Notes under the pieces: model-generated
What the model saw: only the letters and a program-made list of their open reading frames with translations
The model's database searches: none
What the model was told of the DNA's origin: nothing
In this document: positions 49,041-61,687 of the stretch, piece after piece
How positions within the stretch are numbered: the first letter of the stretch is position 1
How the letters are laid out: every line of letters starts with the position of its first letter
DNA from: Hydrolagus affinis
Lineage: Eukaryota
Length of the DNA stretch: 64,000 nucleotides
Direction of reading: 5' to 3'
Assembly: GCA_012026655.1 (NCBI GenBank)
Contig: JAAILG010001627.1
Coordinates: 1 to 64,000 of the forward strand
Translations under genes and position numbers: made by a program

Positions 49041-49629
49041 TTTATGATTTACTCCCTGATCATTTCCAACAGATATGATTATTGTCAAATTGCTACTATG
49101 GTTGGTAGGAAACTTGATGGTGAATAAAATATTGCCCACAAGCTAAAATATTTTATTGATGGTATGATAATTGGGTTACGCTGCATGAGTTTGGTCTAAA
49201 ACCCAGCTACAGTATATAGAAGCTATACAAAAGGAATCAGATTGCTGACATGCAATATAATATTTTGGAACTGATTCTGAAGGCTGGCCTGATTATCTTG
49301 CCAACTTGATCTATGAGGAAGAATCCTTTGGGAAACCAATAAGCCAACCAACATACCTCTAGGATTACGCCATTCTTAACCACAGTGACCTCTCCAAACC
49401 AGATTCCCAATGATGTTCAGTAATCAGCATTTATTGTTTCAACAAAAGAGGGTCTAAATTATGGCAACTTCCATTTCCAGACATGACTCGCAGTTTGTAA
49501 TCAGGATTCCCCACTTGCAACTTGGTGTCTGCATTACTGAATCCCAATAGAAAACAATATTCTTTAGACACCAATATATACGAAGTCCTGTACGGTGATG
49601 CATTTTCGGAGGAGAGGCAATATAGGCCA

Positions 49630-50400
49630 GATACTACAATCTTTAGGGGAGTGAAGGAACAGAGAGACCTAGGGGTTCATTTAAGTACATGTTTGAAGGT
49701 GGAAGGACAGTTAGATAATGCTGTTACAAAAGGATACGGAATACTAGACGTTATAAATAGGGGCATAGAGCACAAAAGTCAGGAAGCTATGATTAACCTG
49801 TATAAAATGCTGGTTAGGGCTCAGCTGGAGTACCGTGTTCAGTTCTGGGCACCACACTTCAGGAAGGATGTTAAGGCGTTGGAAAGGACGCAGAGGAGAT
49901 TTACCAGGATGGTAACAGGAATGAGGGGCTTTGGTTATGAAGAAAGGCTGGGGAGGCTAGGATTATTCTCATTGGAGAAGAGAATGGAGGAGAGCTAATA
50001 GAAGTTTTCAAAAACTGTTTCCACTGGTAGGTGTGTCAGTGACTCGAGATCACAGATTTAAAATAGTTTCTAAAAGAAGCAGAGGGGAGGTGAGTAGAAT
50101 ATTTTTCACACAGCGAGTTGTTCGAATCTGGAAAGCAACAACAACAAAATTACATTCATAGAGCGCCTTTCACGTTGGGAGGACATCCTGATTAATGCAT
50201 TGTCTGAAAGGTTGGTGAAGGTCGATTAAAACAACTTTTAAAAGAGAGGTGGATAGTTATTTGGGGAGGACAAGTTTGCAGAGTTATGGGAGAGAGCCAG
50301 GGAGTGGGATTCACTTTGCATAGCACTTTTCAAAGAGCCGGCACAGACTCGATTAGCCAAATGGCCTCCCTTTGTGCTGTAAGATTCTATGATTTAATGA
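49630..50400 (+). mobile_element. CR1 LINE 3' fragment with a nested antisense L2 tail (~50135-50190)
   Basis: Translation EQRDLGV...LYKMLVRAQLEYRVQFWAPHFRKDVKALERTQRRFTRMV, with tail attctatgatt. Confidence 0.88.
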
Positions 50401-50404
50401 TTGT

Positions 50405-51075
50405 AGTTTACAACAACAACAAAATTACATTTATAGAGCGCCTTTCACATCGGAAGGACATTCCAAGGTGCTGAACACTCAGGTCAGGACCCGAGCAAGG
50501 GAGAGGGGCAGGGGAGGGAGTGGGGGAAGAGTTAGGAGGGGAGTGAGAGAGTTGGGAGGGCAGCAGAAAGCACGATGGAAGAGGAGGGTCTTGAGACAGG
50601 CCTTGAAGGATGCGAGGGAGGGAGCGAGGCGAAGGGACTGTCAGATGGAGTTCCACAGTGTGGGGGCAGAGAGGCTGAAAGCCTGTCTTCCGATGGTAGG
50701 GTGGGTTGGGCAGGGGACATGGAGTAGGCCGGAGCCCGCTGAATGAAGGGGGCAGGCAGCTTTATAGAGGGGCAGCAGATCAGAGAGATAGGGGGTACAA
50801 GGCTGTGAATAACCTTGAAAGTGAGAACGAGAATCTTGAATTTGATCCTCTGGGGGATGGGGAGCCAATGGAGCCAGACAAGGGTGGGAGTGATGTGGTC
50901 ACAGACCTTGGTGCAGGTGAGGACATGATCTGCAGAGTTCTGGATGATCTGCAGCTTGTGAAGGGAAGAACCAGGAAGGCTGATGAGGAGGGAGTTTCCA
51001 TAGTCGAGCCTTGATGTGACGAATGCGTGGACTAGGGTTTCGGCAGCCTGAGGGGTGAGGCAGTGGCGGAATCTG
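50405..51075 (-). mobile_element. L2-clade LINE 3' fragment
   Basis: Translation LTPQAAETLVHAFVTSRLDYGNSLL...LHWLPIPQRIKFKILVLTFK, with (AAC)n tail. Confidence 0.9.
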
Positions 51076-51077
51076 GC

Positions 51078-51410
51078 TTTGTGGTTAGAGCACTCGTCTC
51101 GCAAGTGAGAGGACCTGGGTTTGATTTCTGGGCTGAACAAAACATTAGGCAAGTTTTCTTATTTCACATACCCATTTACCTAGCAGTAAGTAGGAACCCA
51201 GTTGTTAGCCGAATGGTAGTTTGCTTTCCGGGGTAATAATCTCTAAAGATAAATAAATATAATTTGAATCCACAACTGATTGTAGTGTAGTGCCCAATTG
51301 CTATTTTGCCCTCAAACTATACTATCAAATCATTTTACAGTATATTCTGTGAAGCACTTTGAGGGATCTCAAAGACGTGATAAGGCATTACATCAAACGA
51401 AACGACTATT
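51078..51410 (+). mobile_element. tRNA-derived SINE, longer subfamily (also 55538-55903 minus and ~23980-24245 plus)
   Basis: Same head and tail as the dominant family, plus an extra internal segment ccatttacctagcagtaagtaggaacccagttgttag. Confidence 0.75.
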
Positions 51411-52787
51411 ATATACTGTGTACATATTACACCTGCAAATAAATACACAGTTACTGCACTTTACAGTATATCCTGTGATGTGTTTTGAGATATTTCTGCT
51501 GATTTGAAAAGCGCTATACCAAATGCAAGGATTATTATTATTTTATTTCAATCCACAGAATAGTATTCTTTGTACGTAATTGGTATAGAGCCTTCCACAT
51601 CAGGAGGTCACTGGAGAGTGCTTCAAAGGATTGCTTCATAGCGCTTTCAGCCAACTAAAGCAAGCAAAGTTGTGAGATCCATAGGCAGGAATAGATTTTA
51701 ATGTGGGGCAATATTTTTGATAGTGAAGGGAAGAACCAGGAAGATACATCTGATCTTTCACACGTTGTGTCAGGAACAATAAATAGTCTACTGTAGAGTA
51801 ATTACAAGGTGCTAATGATGTTGATTTTTTTTAATGATTTAAGAGATTTTATAACAATTCATCCGAACCTCAAAATTAAATTATGGCCTTAAAATCACTC
51901 ATATGTATATGTAATATATAGTGTTAAATTTAGGATGTGTTTTAGATTACATTTTGGGCCCTATTATTTCCACTGGCAACAAGTTACTGATAAACACTGG
52001 CGTGTCAAGCCGACAACACAGAAGGCATAAAGGACATTGCTACTATAGGACTGCAGGACATTGGTAGTATTAGACCCACTTAATGTACCCTGATACTTTG
52101 CAATGTTGATGTGCAGTAACATCTGCAGTGAAGGATCACTAATTGGGAGGGAATCAATGCAAATAGAGTGATAATCAACAATGTTTAATTTATATTATAC
52201 AACAATCACATACTCTGCTATTTTCAGAAAAAGTTTTTTTTACATTAATGAGAATGTGATAAAATTACTGCTAATATATATAGCACTTTCCTTGTCTTGC
52301 ACACCTTTGTTACAGAAACAATCAAGGCAGTAGTGTCTTTGTTTCCCCGCATTAAAATCAGACAATTATTTTGGCCTCATCTTATTTTTAAATCTCTTCA
52401 AAAATTTGCATTTTAAAAGCTGCATTTGCCTGGTGACGTCAAGGGATATTTAGAAACTTTTTTTCACAAACTTTTAAGAAAAAAGAGACTTCACAACAGT
52501 GGGATGTTGTAAAATATAAAACATCTCTTCAAACATTGCTGCAAATATACAGTATTTATTATAATAAATAAGTAATAATCCTTGCATTTGATATTGTTTT
52601 TTATCAGGTCTTCTAGACATCTCAGAGCACTTCATAGAATAATACCGTAAAGTGAACTGTCTGAGTTTTGTGGTCAAAATTATTAAATGGGTAATTAATA
52701 GTGTACGAAAAGTACATGAATCTATACAACCAATATAAAAATGATTTACAATGGGCAAAGGGTATTGTGACACTTGTAATAATCACG

Positions 52788-53115
52788 GAGTCCTGTAGCT
52801 CAGTGGTTAGAGCGCTCGCCTTACAAATGAGAGACCCGGATTCAATTCCAGGCCGGGCGAAACCTTCCTCAAGTTTCCTTGGTCCACACGCCTGATAATA
52901 ACCCCTCAAAACCAAAACAATAATAAATCATTCACTTCAATATACAACGGTTTGTGGGACACTGCCGTGCACAATTGGCTGCCGCTTTTCACGCATATAT
53001 ATATACAGTCAATTCACTTTACAGTATATTCTGTGAAGCGCTTTGAGGTGCCTAGAAGACGTGAAAAGCTTTGTATCAAACGCAAGGATTATTATTATTA
53101 TTATTATTATTATTA
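52788..53115 (+). mobile_element. Full-length tRNA-derived SINE
   Basis: A box tagctcagtgg, anticodon-like arm with loop cttacaa, family body, long (TTA)n tail. Confidence 0.9.
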
Positions 53116-53329
53116 AAGCAGGATTTGGGATCATTACAACCTGGCGAGGTTAATAAATAATATCCCTTGCGTTCGACACAGCGCTCGTCGCGTCTTCTAG
53201 ACGTCTCAAAGCACTTCCCAGGACATACTGTAAAGTGAATTAACTGTAGATATTTTTTTTTGGGGGGTGGTGGGGGGGTGGGGGTGGTTGATAGGTTATT
53301 GCTAGGAGTGAAATCAAGTGAAGTGCAGG

Positions 53330-53992
53330 ACAGTGGCTGAGACATTTAACCTCCCAGTCTTGTTGCTGGAAGGAAGGAAGGAAAGGAAGGAAGGACAGAG
53401 AGTGAGTGAGTGAGTGAGTGTGTGTGTGTGAGAGAGTGAGTGAGTGACCTAGGCTGCGGATGAGTGCTTGTAGTGACGCGTTATGAGTTACCCAACTCCA
53501 CCCAACAGCAGCAAACACAAGGCAGCTGCATTTCAGAGCCAAACATGGCGTTAACCTTCTTGCTCTGAGCGTTTAGTCAAAGAGTGAGTGATCAGAGAGG
53601 GAGAGAGAGAAAGACAGAGACACACAGAGTGAGAGAAACAAACCATGTAAAACAGTGAACAACTTCAACCCGCCCAAGTCAGTCACTCTCTTGAAAACCA
53701 TCTGCTCCCAGTCCACACAGAGAGAGTAAGAGAAAGAGTAAAGAGAGAGAAAGACACAGAGAGAGAGAGAGAGAGAGAAAGGGAGAGGAAGGAAGAAAGA
53801 AAGTCACCAAAACGACCTTGGAAACACGCTATGGACTAGGGGGGGAAAAAAGCCTAACTACTTGTTTTAGGAATTTTAGAGAAAAATAGATAGATACACT
53901 TTTTTTTCTAAATTTTTATTTTATTGTACATATTAAATATAAACAGCCCAAGTCACGGAAGGAGCGAAAAAAAGGGGGAGGGAGAGACAGAG
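53330..53992 (+). promoter_or_regulatory. Putative STK26 promoter and non-coding first exon
   Basis: GA/GT-rich region with a YY1-type AACATGGCG at 53542-53550. A strong donor AG|gtaagt follows 53992, with a candidate acceptor at 54123-54124 upstream of the ATG. Confidence 0.5.
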
Positions 53993-54332
53993 GTAAGTTT
54001 CACAAGTGAGTTGAGTGCAGAAAGTATAAGTTGCTGTGTGTTGAGTGTGTATGTGTGTTGAGTTTTGCTGCCAAACTAACTTTGCTCGATTCTCTTTTCT
54101 CTCGGTCCGGGTGGGGGACTGTAGGACACACAACAACAACAAAACAACGAGAAGAAGAAGAAGAAGAAGGAGGAGGGAGTGGAAAGGGAGCCTGGTTTTG
54201 TTGCGGGGAGGAAAGGCTGGATCCTGTGTGTGGTGGTGGTGGTGTTTTGTGGAGAAGAAAGTTCCTCTCTCTGTCTCTCTGTCTCTGGTCTGTGTCTTGT
54301 CTTCGCTGAGGGTTCGTCAACAAGTCGCGATC

Positions 54333-54374
54333 ATGGCTCATTCACCGGTGGCCATGCAAGTGCCAGGAATGCAG
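54333..54374 (+). CDS. STK26: STK26 (MST4, GCKIII kinase) first coding exon; kinase exons lie beyond the window
   Basis: 42-nt exon encoding MAHSPVAMQVPGMQ, followed by gtaagc. Closer to STK26 (MAHSPVAVQVPGMQ) than to STK24 (MAHSPVQSGLPGMQ). Confidence 0.88.
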
Positions 54375-54399
54375 GTAAGCGAGGCCCTGATCTCACACT

Positions 54400-54630
54400 C
54401 ACTGACTTGTCTGGTCTGTCTGACTGACTTGAGTTACTGTCTGACTGACTGAGTCTGACTGAGTGAGCTAGTGACTGTCTGACTGACTTGAGTTACTGTC
54501 TGACTGACTGAGTGACTGACTGAGTGAGTGACTGAGTGAGTGAGCTAGCGACTGACTGACTGAGCTAGTGACTGACTGACTGACTGAGTGAGCTAGTGAC
54601 TGCGTGATAAGTTAGTGACTTGAGTCAGTG
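54400..54630. repeat. (GACT/GAGT)n degenerate tandem repeat
   Basis: Runs of tgactgactgag and tgagctagtgac directly after the STK26 exon donor. Confidence 0.9.
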
Positions 54631-54757
54631 AGAGAGAAACGTCCCGATCCGCACCATTGCGTGAAATTTACCAACAGACGCGAATCTGAAACAACAGCAA
54701 CTTCTGAACTTCCTCTGAACAAGATTAATGTGTGGGTTTCCCCCTCCCCCCCCCCCC

Positions 54758-54857
54758 NNNNNNNNNNNNNNNNNNNNNNNNNNNNNNNNNNNNNNNNNNN
54801 NNNNNNNNNNNNNNNNNNNNNNNNNNNNNNNNNNNNNNNNNNNNNNNNNNNNNNNNN
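54758..54857. other. Assembly gap (100 N) flanked by an overlapping duplicate
   Basis: 54586-54757 is repeated at 54858-55028. Confidence 0.95.
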
Positions 54858-57800
54858 GAGTGAGCTAGTGACTGCGTGATAAGTTAGTGACTTGAGTCAG
54901 TGAGAGAGAAACGTCCCGATCCGCACCATTGCGTGAAATTTACCAACAGACGCGAATCTGAAACAACAGCAACTTCTGAACTTCCTCTGAACAAGATTAA
55001 TGTGTGGGTTTCCCCCTCCCCCCCCCCCACACACACACACACACATGTATATATGTGAAATATGTTTGTTTATGTGTGTGTGTGTGTATGTGGATCTCCT
55101 GAAAAAAATACAGTCCCCAAGATTATCAAAGAATTTAGTAATCTACCTGTCAATCCAGCTGAAAAATTGAACTCTCTTCTCCCCCACCCCAACAACCATT
55201 ACATTAACACTTCCTCTCTCCTCTCTCCTCTCCTCCTCCCCACCCCCCATATCAAACACACAGCCATTAACAATGTGAAAAGAACCGATTCAGGCAGAGG
55301 GGTTTGGAAGCCACAGAGTAGCTAATGGTTGAGTTTGCCTTTGTTCTGAACTCATTCTTGTGTGTTGTTTGAGCGTGTGTGTGTGTGTGTGTTGAGGGTG
55401 GTGGGAGGGAATGGACAGTTTTAACTTGGTGTGTTCAGAGCATGGAGAGAGCAGGACCTTTTGTCACGTTGGGAATGAGTGAATCCATGTGGTGGAGGTC
55501 TGTCAAGGGTTGGCTTTGATGATAATAATAGTTCTAATGATAATAATCCTTGCATTTGATATTAACACCTTATCACGTCTCGAAACGCTTTACGGTTAAT
55601 ACTGTAAAGTGAATCGACTGTATATTTGTGGGCGAAGCGTGGCAGCCAATTGCACACAGCAGTGGCTCACAAACAGGCGTGGGTTGAAGTGACCGAACTA
55701 TTATTGTTTTTTTTTAAAAAAGTCATTATTATGCCTGGAAAGCGATTTCCCCCAATCGACTGACAACCGGGTTTCCATTTACTGCTAGGTAAACAGGCTT
55801 ATGAAATCAGGAAACCTGCCCAACATTTCACCTCTGCCGGGAATCAAACCCAGGTCACTCGCTTGCGACGCAAGTGCTCTAACCACTGAGCCACAAGACT
55901 CCACATTATAAATCACCACAATAGTCTACGTTTCCCCCTCGCCCTCCCGTCAAAAAAAACAAGAGCTAAAATCAAAACAAAGAGTTTTTGATGCATCAGC
56001 CTTGATAATGTCACCGTCGAGGGTTAATCTTGAATTGCCTATCACCCTGCATGCAATCTGCCATTGAACCTCTGTACACTTTATTTGGGGGGAAAAAAAC
56101 AGATTGCTTTTGATCGAGGTCTGTGCTAATCAAGGTGAATAATGCCAGCATTGTGGCAGACTCGATGGGCCGAATGGCCTCCTTTTGTGCCGTAACATTC
56201 TACGTTTCCATGATTCTATCTATGCTTCTTATTTTTTTAAAAAAATATATATGGTTTTATCATACATGAGGGGAGCTATATAGCATACTTATATATACTT
56301 TTCCATTTTAGCATTGCACATGTATTTCCATCCATCCTTAGGGTTATTAAGTTGGACACAGTGTATCTGACCACCCAGGAAAGTTCAAGTAATAATAATA
56401 ATTTGTTTTCCTACCCATGTCCAGAAGCAACAGAGTTGCTAGCCGTTTTTACACTAATCCCATTTTCACTTAGGGACCCTACTATAGCAACTACTTGCTA
56501 TATTGCTATATAGCTCCCCTCGTGTATGATAACACCATATATATTTTTTGAAAAAAATAAGAAGCATAGATAGAATCATAGAAACGTAGAATCTTACGGC
56601 ACAAAAGGAGGCCATTTGGCCCATCGAGTCTGCGCTGGCTCTTTGAAAAGAGCAATTCAATCCCACTCCCCAGCTCTCTCCCCATAACCGCGCAAAACCT
56701 GTCCTCCCCAAATAAACGTCTAGATATTGATAGCAAATTTAGTTTGACTACATTCTACAGCACTGTACCCTGTTCTCTGCATTTCTCCCTCCCCCAGACT
56801 CGGAGTCATGCTCCATTATTGTAAGGGGCTCTGGAACTCTACCCTGCGTGAGAGATGCTATATAAATGCAAATTGTGGTTGCTAGAAGTAGATCTTCATC
56901 CTGTCAGTATGAGGTACATTTGAATTTTGGGACAAACAGTGCCACTGCGCCAACCAATCAAGCTCCCTACTATTCCTTATAAAGAGGCTGAGAGGATTGT
57001 GGTGATTGCCAGGACCAGGATAGCACACCTCAGACTCTCTCAAGTTGTTTCCAGCGCTGCACATCAATAGAATTGTAAAACTTGCTGATCAGGAAAGAGG
57101 GAATGTAGGTGCGGAACAATATTACAACTTTGTTTTGTTTGTCGAAAACAAATGCTGAAGAAGTTATACTTCCCACTGCTTTATTTTTCAAATAAAGTCC
57201 TTTATTTAAATAAAGTCCTTTGTGTTACAACAAGTATTAAAGTACTCGTTTTATTGACTTTACAAAGCTAACCACAGTGTTACTATCAGGGACTGTCGGC
57301 TGACATAAATTTTTATCTTTATAATTTTGGGAGGTTGTGGTAATACTGTATAATAATGAATGTAGTAATATGAGGCTTTTGTGCAGTTGAAGGACTAAGA
57401 TGGTGACATTATAAAGCACAAGAGTGAAATGTAGAAAGCATCAGCACCACAAGATTGTCAGAACTTTAATTAATTCCAGACCATCTGTGCCATTCTAAAG
57501 TACTTTTGCATTTTATTTTGCTGCTTGTGGATGAGTTGGATGCTGAGTTGGGTGAAAGCCTCTGATGTGTGCTAAAGGATGCTCAGAGGCTCGTATCCCA
57601 GGATGACGGAGCTCTGGACCAGTTACAATGAGAGTTGTAGAATACACTATTTTTTCTGCTAGCTGTTCTTGTGATTTCCCCCCCCCACCACCAACTATCC
57701 ACCTCTTCTAAAGACCTTTGACATCTCTACCTTTGACTGGGGTGCAGTCACATGGAAGTGACCCACCCAATGGCCACTGTTCATAAGTGAAGCATGGCAG

Positions 57801-58789
57801 CTGACAGTGAATGCTGGTGGGATGTTTGACCCATGGGTGGTGGTCAGAGTGAGGGGGGGGAGGGAGGGGGTGGAAGGACGAGAGGGAAATTGAAGCCTAG
57901 AGTAATCGTTCCCTCACATAGTGTGTAACACCCAGCAGGGGTCTAGTTGCTATTCAATCTAATTTTCAGTAGGAACTAAATGGATTTACATAGCACCCTT
58001 CATGTGGAATAGTACACCGTAGCATTCATTATCACCAAATTCAATTTGGATACCAACTAGGAGTGGGTAACCAAGTGAGATCTCTCGTCTGTAATTAGCA
58101 ATCTTCTCCTTTGCAATTGTAATCTGCTACCCTGGCTGAGGTGAACTAATTCAGCACAGTTACCTTACCTTGATACTGTCCCATTAAGTGTTCTTTATGC
58201 CTTAATGCTTTGGGACTTTATCCTGCGTGAGGGGACACTATATTAAATGCAAGTTGTTGTTCTTTGCCTTGCCCCGTCCTATCCTATTTTCAGGTCGTGC
58301 CTAAAGACTTTTCTTTTCAATCGCGCTTTCAGTCACCTTTTCCCCCCCTCCACCTGGCTCGGCCTCAGGATCCGTTATTGTGAAGCGCTTTGAGACGTGG
58401 AGGGCGCTACATAAATCCAAGTTGTTGTTGCTGCCTTTAGGGTGGTGCTTTTGAGTTGATAATTTTATTCACTAAAGTATTGGAGAAGTTGAGTTGACTT
58501 TTTTTCAAAGCGTCAGAAACTCCCCTCCATTCACTAGACAGCTCTCCAGTGACACAGAAATATCTTTGCTGATCTGTGGAAAATATTACATCATAACTTC
58601 TTTGTGCTCATACTTATAGATTCTGGATAATGATGATGGTTGTGTTTATTGTCTACTTGTTACATAAAGTTAATCTGTTTGAAGGAATTCCAACTTCAAC
58701 GAAAAATAACTAAGTGAGACGATTTAGGAGAAACCATGTTTATTTATTAAAATAACTGGTTGGGAAGTTCTTCCTCTGATTCACTTTAG

Positions 58790-59065
58790 TGCTGCATCTA
58801 TGCTCCCACACTCTGGAACTCCATCCCACAGTCAGTTCTCCTCGCTTCTTCCCTTGCCTCCTTCAAGGCCGGTCTCAAGACCCTCCTCTTCCATCATGCC
58901 TTCTGCTGCCCTCCCAACTCTCTCCCTTCCCTTCTAACTCTCCCCCCCCCCACACCCCCACCACCTTTCCCCTCTCCCTTGCTCAGGTCCCAACCTGACT
59001 GTTCAGTGCCTTGGGATGTCCTCCCGACATGGAAGGCGTTCTATAAATGTAATTTTGTTGTTGTA
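58790..59065 (+). mobile_element. L2 3' UTR/tail fragment
   Basis: Reverse-complement homolog of 50405-50670; tail ctataaatgtaattttgttgttg. Confidence 0.8.
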
Positions 59066-61687
59066 TGCATATAAAGTGGGTCTGGAACTGCTTAGAAATA
59101 ATACAATGTTACCTGCAGTGCATTCAAACAAGAGTAGGTAGGGTGATGGGGTCATTTAATGTCTCTGATGACAAGTGCTCAGGTGCCAGGCAGGATAGGT
59201 ATTGCCAGGATGACATTGGGAAGCTTTTTGGGTTTTCTTTGTGAGATCCATTGTTTTTTTTTGTGTGGTTTAGGGTTTAGACCACAGTCTTTAAAAAAGC
59301 AGTCTGATATGCAGTCTAGGTTACACCGTAAAAATTAAAATTGTTGGCAGATTCAGACCTATGCTGTAAAACATGTGTTTGATTTCACTCCAGATTTTAC
59401 CATGGTATATGCTGACTAACAGAACACATGTTTTAGGCACATCCTGATGTTGAGACTGTCCCAATGAATGTTTAACGGGAACTTAAATCTAGGGCGCTTG
59501 GAGAGCTGAATATTTAATTTTTGTTAATTTTTTTTGAGGGGTGGAGAATCGCAGGTAGTATATAAACCTTATAAACCTTCTATTAATGAGGTGAACCTGG
59601 AGTGTGTCTCTTTCAACAGTTGAAAATGTTCGATTAATCAATATCTTTTAACAGAGATTGTGAGACTCATTTTTTTGTTCCAAGTTTCTTCATAATATTC
59701 ACAATATTTGTGAAAACGTAAGAGACATTTGGGAGAGACCAGGAGATTCACAAAAGGCAAATCACACCGATAGTGATGGGAGGCAGCTTTGAATGAATAG
59801 TGTAGATTGGTGAAACTGATTGTTTAAAAATATACAAAAGTAGCAAGGGGTAAATGTATCCTTTCCACTAAAGTTCCACTTTCATACAACAATCATATCA
59901 GTCTGGATCTCTGCTCCACCACCATACAGCATTTGTTGTTGTTACAAACTCTTGCAAACTGGTTAAATTTACTTTTAACGAAATAAATAAAATGCCCACT
60001 GTTTGTAAAGCATTTTGATTGTGCAACAAAAAGTTGTTTTCATTACATAGCAACAAGTGGTCCTCTGAGGTAGTCTCGCTTTGCACAGGATCGCTTTGGC
60101 TTTGTTTGTGTCACTTATGAGTGCTGTATTTATGAATGTGGTGGCCACCTTACTTTGTCGTAACAGCAAGGCTGATCTTCAGTGGAAGATGAAAAGCAAC
60201 TGAATCAGATGCAGGAAACCAGCCAGCACTTACTGAATAAAAATCCAATCTGGTTTTATTTTCATTTTCAAAATGTTTATTTGTTTATTTACTATATTTG
60301 CGGGGTGTTGGCCAGCAATTGGGTTGAGTGAAAATGCATGCAGAACAACATTGGCAAACTGCTTGTTAAGAGTGTTCTGGGCCTACACCAACAGCAGGAA
60401 GTTGCTCTATAAGTTGACCCAGGAAGCAGTGTTCAACTGACTTGAGTCCCACTCAAATGTCATAAACTATTAATATTTCCTAGGATTATTGGGTGTGAAG
60501 TACATGCCAATGCCAACACTGCCGTGATTTGCAAATGAAAAAGGCTGTCGGAAAGTTTGGTGTGCGCTTGAGAGGCAAAGTGATTGATTGTACTTGTTCA
60601 GCGCTGAATTCTGTAATGAGCAGGTGTGTGAATTTCTGCTGTTTATTTCTGACAATGTCGTGATGCTCTGCTTGTAAGAGAGTGCATTCGAACAACATCA
60701 GTACAGCCCACTACATCTGCTGTATTACATTTAAATGGCATTGATCGAAGAGCCATGGGAGGCGTGGAGGTTTTCGAATAAACTATTAGAATATTTTATG
60801 AATGCAGAGAGGAGGAAAATATCCTTTTTGGGATAAAAAAAAAACTAGACTCACAGATATCCTTTGACATAGAGTGTAATTCTGCATCGTTACTGCAGTC
60901 ATTATACCTTTCACTTTAGGCTCATTGCTAATCTTAGGATTATTCCAAAATTAGGGCCCAGAAGTTTGCTTACTGGTAAATGTGTAGATGTTTTTTCCAG
61001 ATGAAATGATTAACTGCGGTGACTTAAAGTTACCATTCTAGATGACAGATTATAACTCCTCAGCCAATGCGTTTATGACTCTCCCTTCCCCATCGCCATT
61101 GTAAGGAGCTGGGGGAGTTCACCATCGCTGCAGATGGCAACTCAGAGAAGCCAGAAAGGGAGACTGTTGAAGGAGTCGCCGGGAAGCAGGGAACTACCAT
61201 GTGTATCGAGTGCTGCATTGTTTCCATCCTAACCAGACCATAGCCTCTTGAGGGAGACTGGACCATTTGATTTGATGAGAAAGGTAACCGAAGTGTTAGG
61301 AATAAATAAGGAACCAAACCAAACTGTAGCCTCCACTCAAAAAATGAAGTCCTGGCACAGCAGAGCCTAAGTCAGTCGTTTGTCTGAAGTTAGATTGCTG
61401 TGGGTACGAGACTAATTGCTTACACAGACAAGTTCACAACCATTCTAAATATCAAAGTATAGAATAGAGTTGCATATGCTATTTATACTGCATGACAGTT
61501 TCATAAACTGACTTGAGGGACGGCAGACTGCTCTCGTGCTGTCAGGCCTCAGTCAGTCTATTCTGCGTTTTACCACAGGATGAATCTTTTTTTTTTCTCT
61601 CATCAATTCCTGTAGGGAGGTTTCTCACCTTCACTTGAGACTTCCCTTGGCAGCTGAGTAGAGATCGAGACCATACAATGTATATGT

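Noticed and set aside
52788-52862. tRNA-Val(TAC)/Ala(TGC)-like genes here and at 24943, 33207, 47759 and 61688
   Set aside because: The acceptor stem does not pair, the anticodon varies between copies, and each runs directly into the same SINE body and tail.
40000-53300. A further protein-coding gene between IL13RA1 and STK26
   Set aside because: No series of phase-compatible exons or recognisable domain on either strand; the ORFs there are short or TE-derived.
54000-54332. ORFs 54031-54309, 54000-54341, 54179-54427 and the N-terminal part of 54045-54452
   Set aside because: Translations of GT/GA-rich intron and 5'UTR sequence; only the 14 codons from ATG 54333 match STK26.
54400-54630. CRISPR-like repeat array
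   Set aside because: Simple 4-bp unit repeats with no unique spacers and no cas genes, in a eukaryotic intron.
54586-55028. 172-bp direct duplication in the STK26 intron
   Set aside because: The copies are essentially identical and sit on either side of a 100-N gap at a poly-C run; most likely an unmerged contig overlap.
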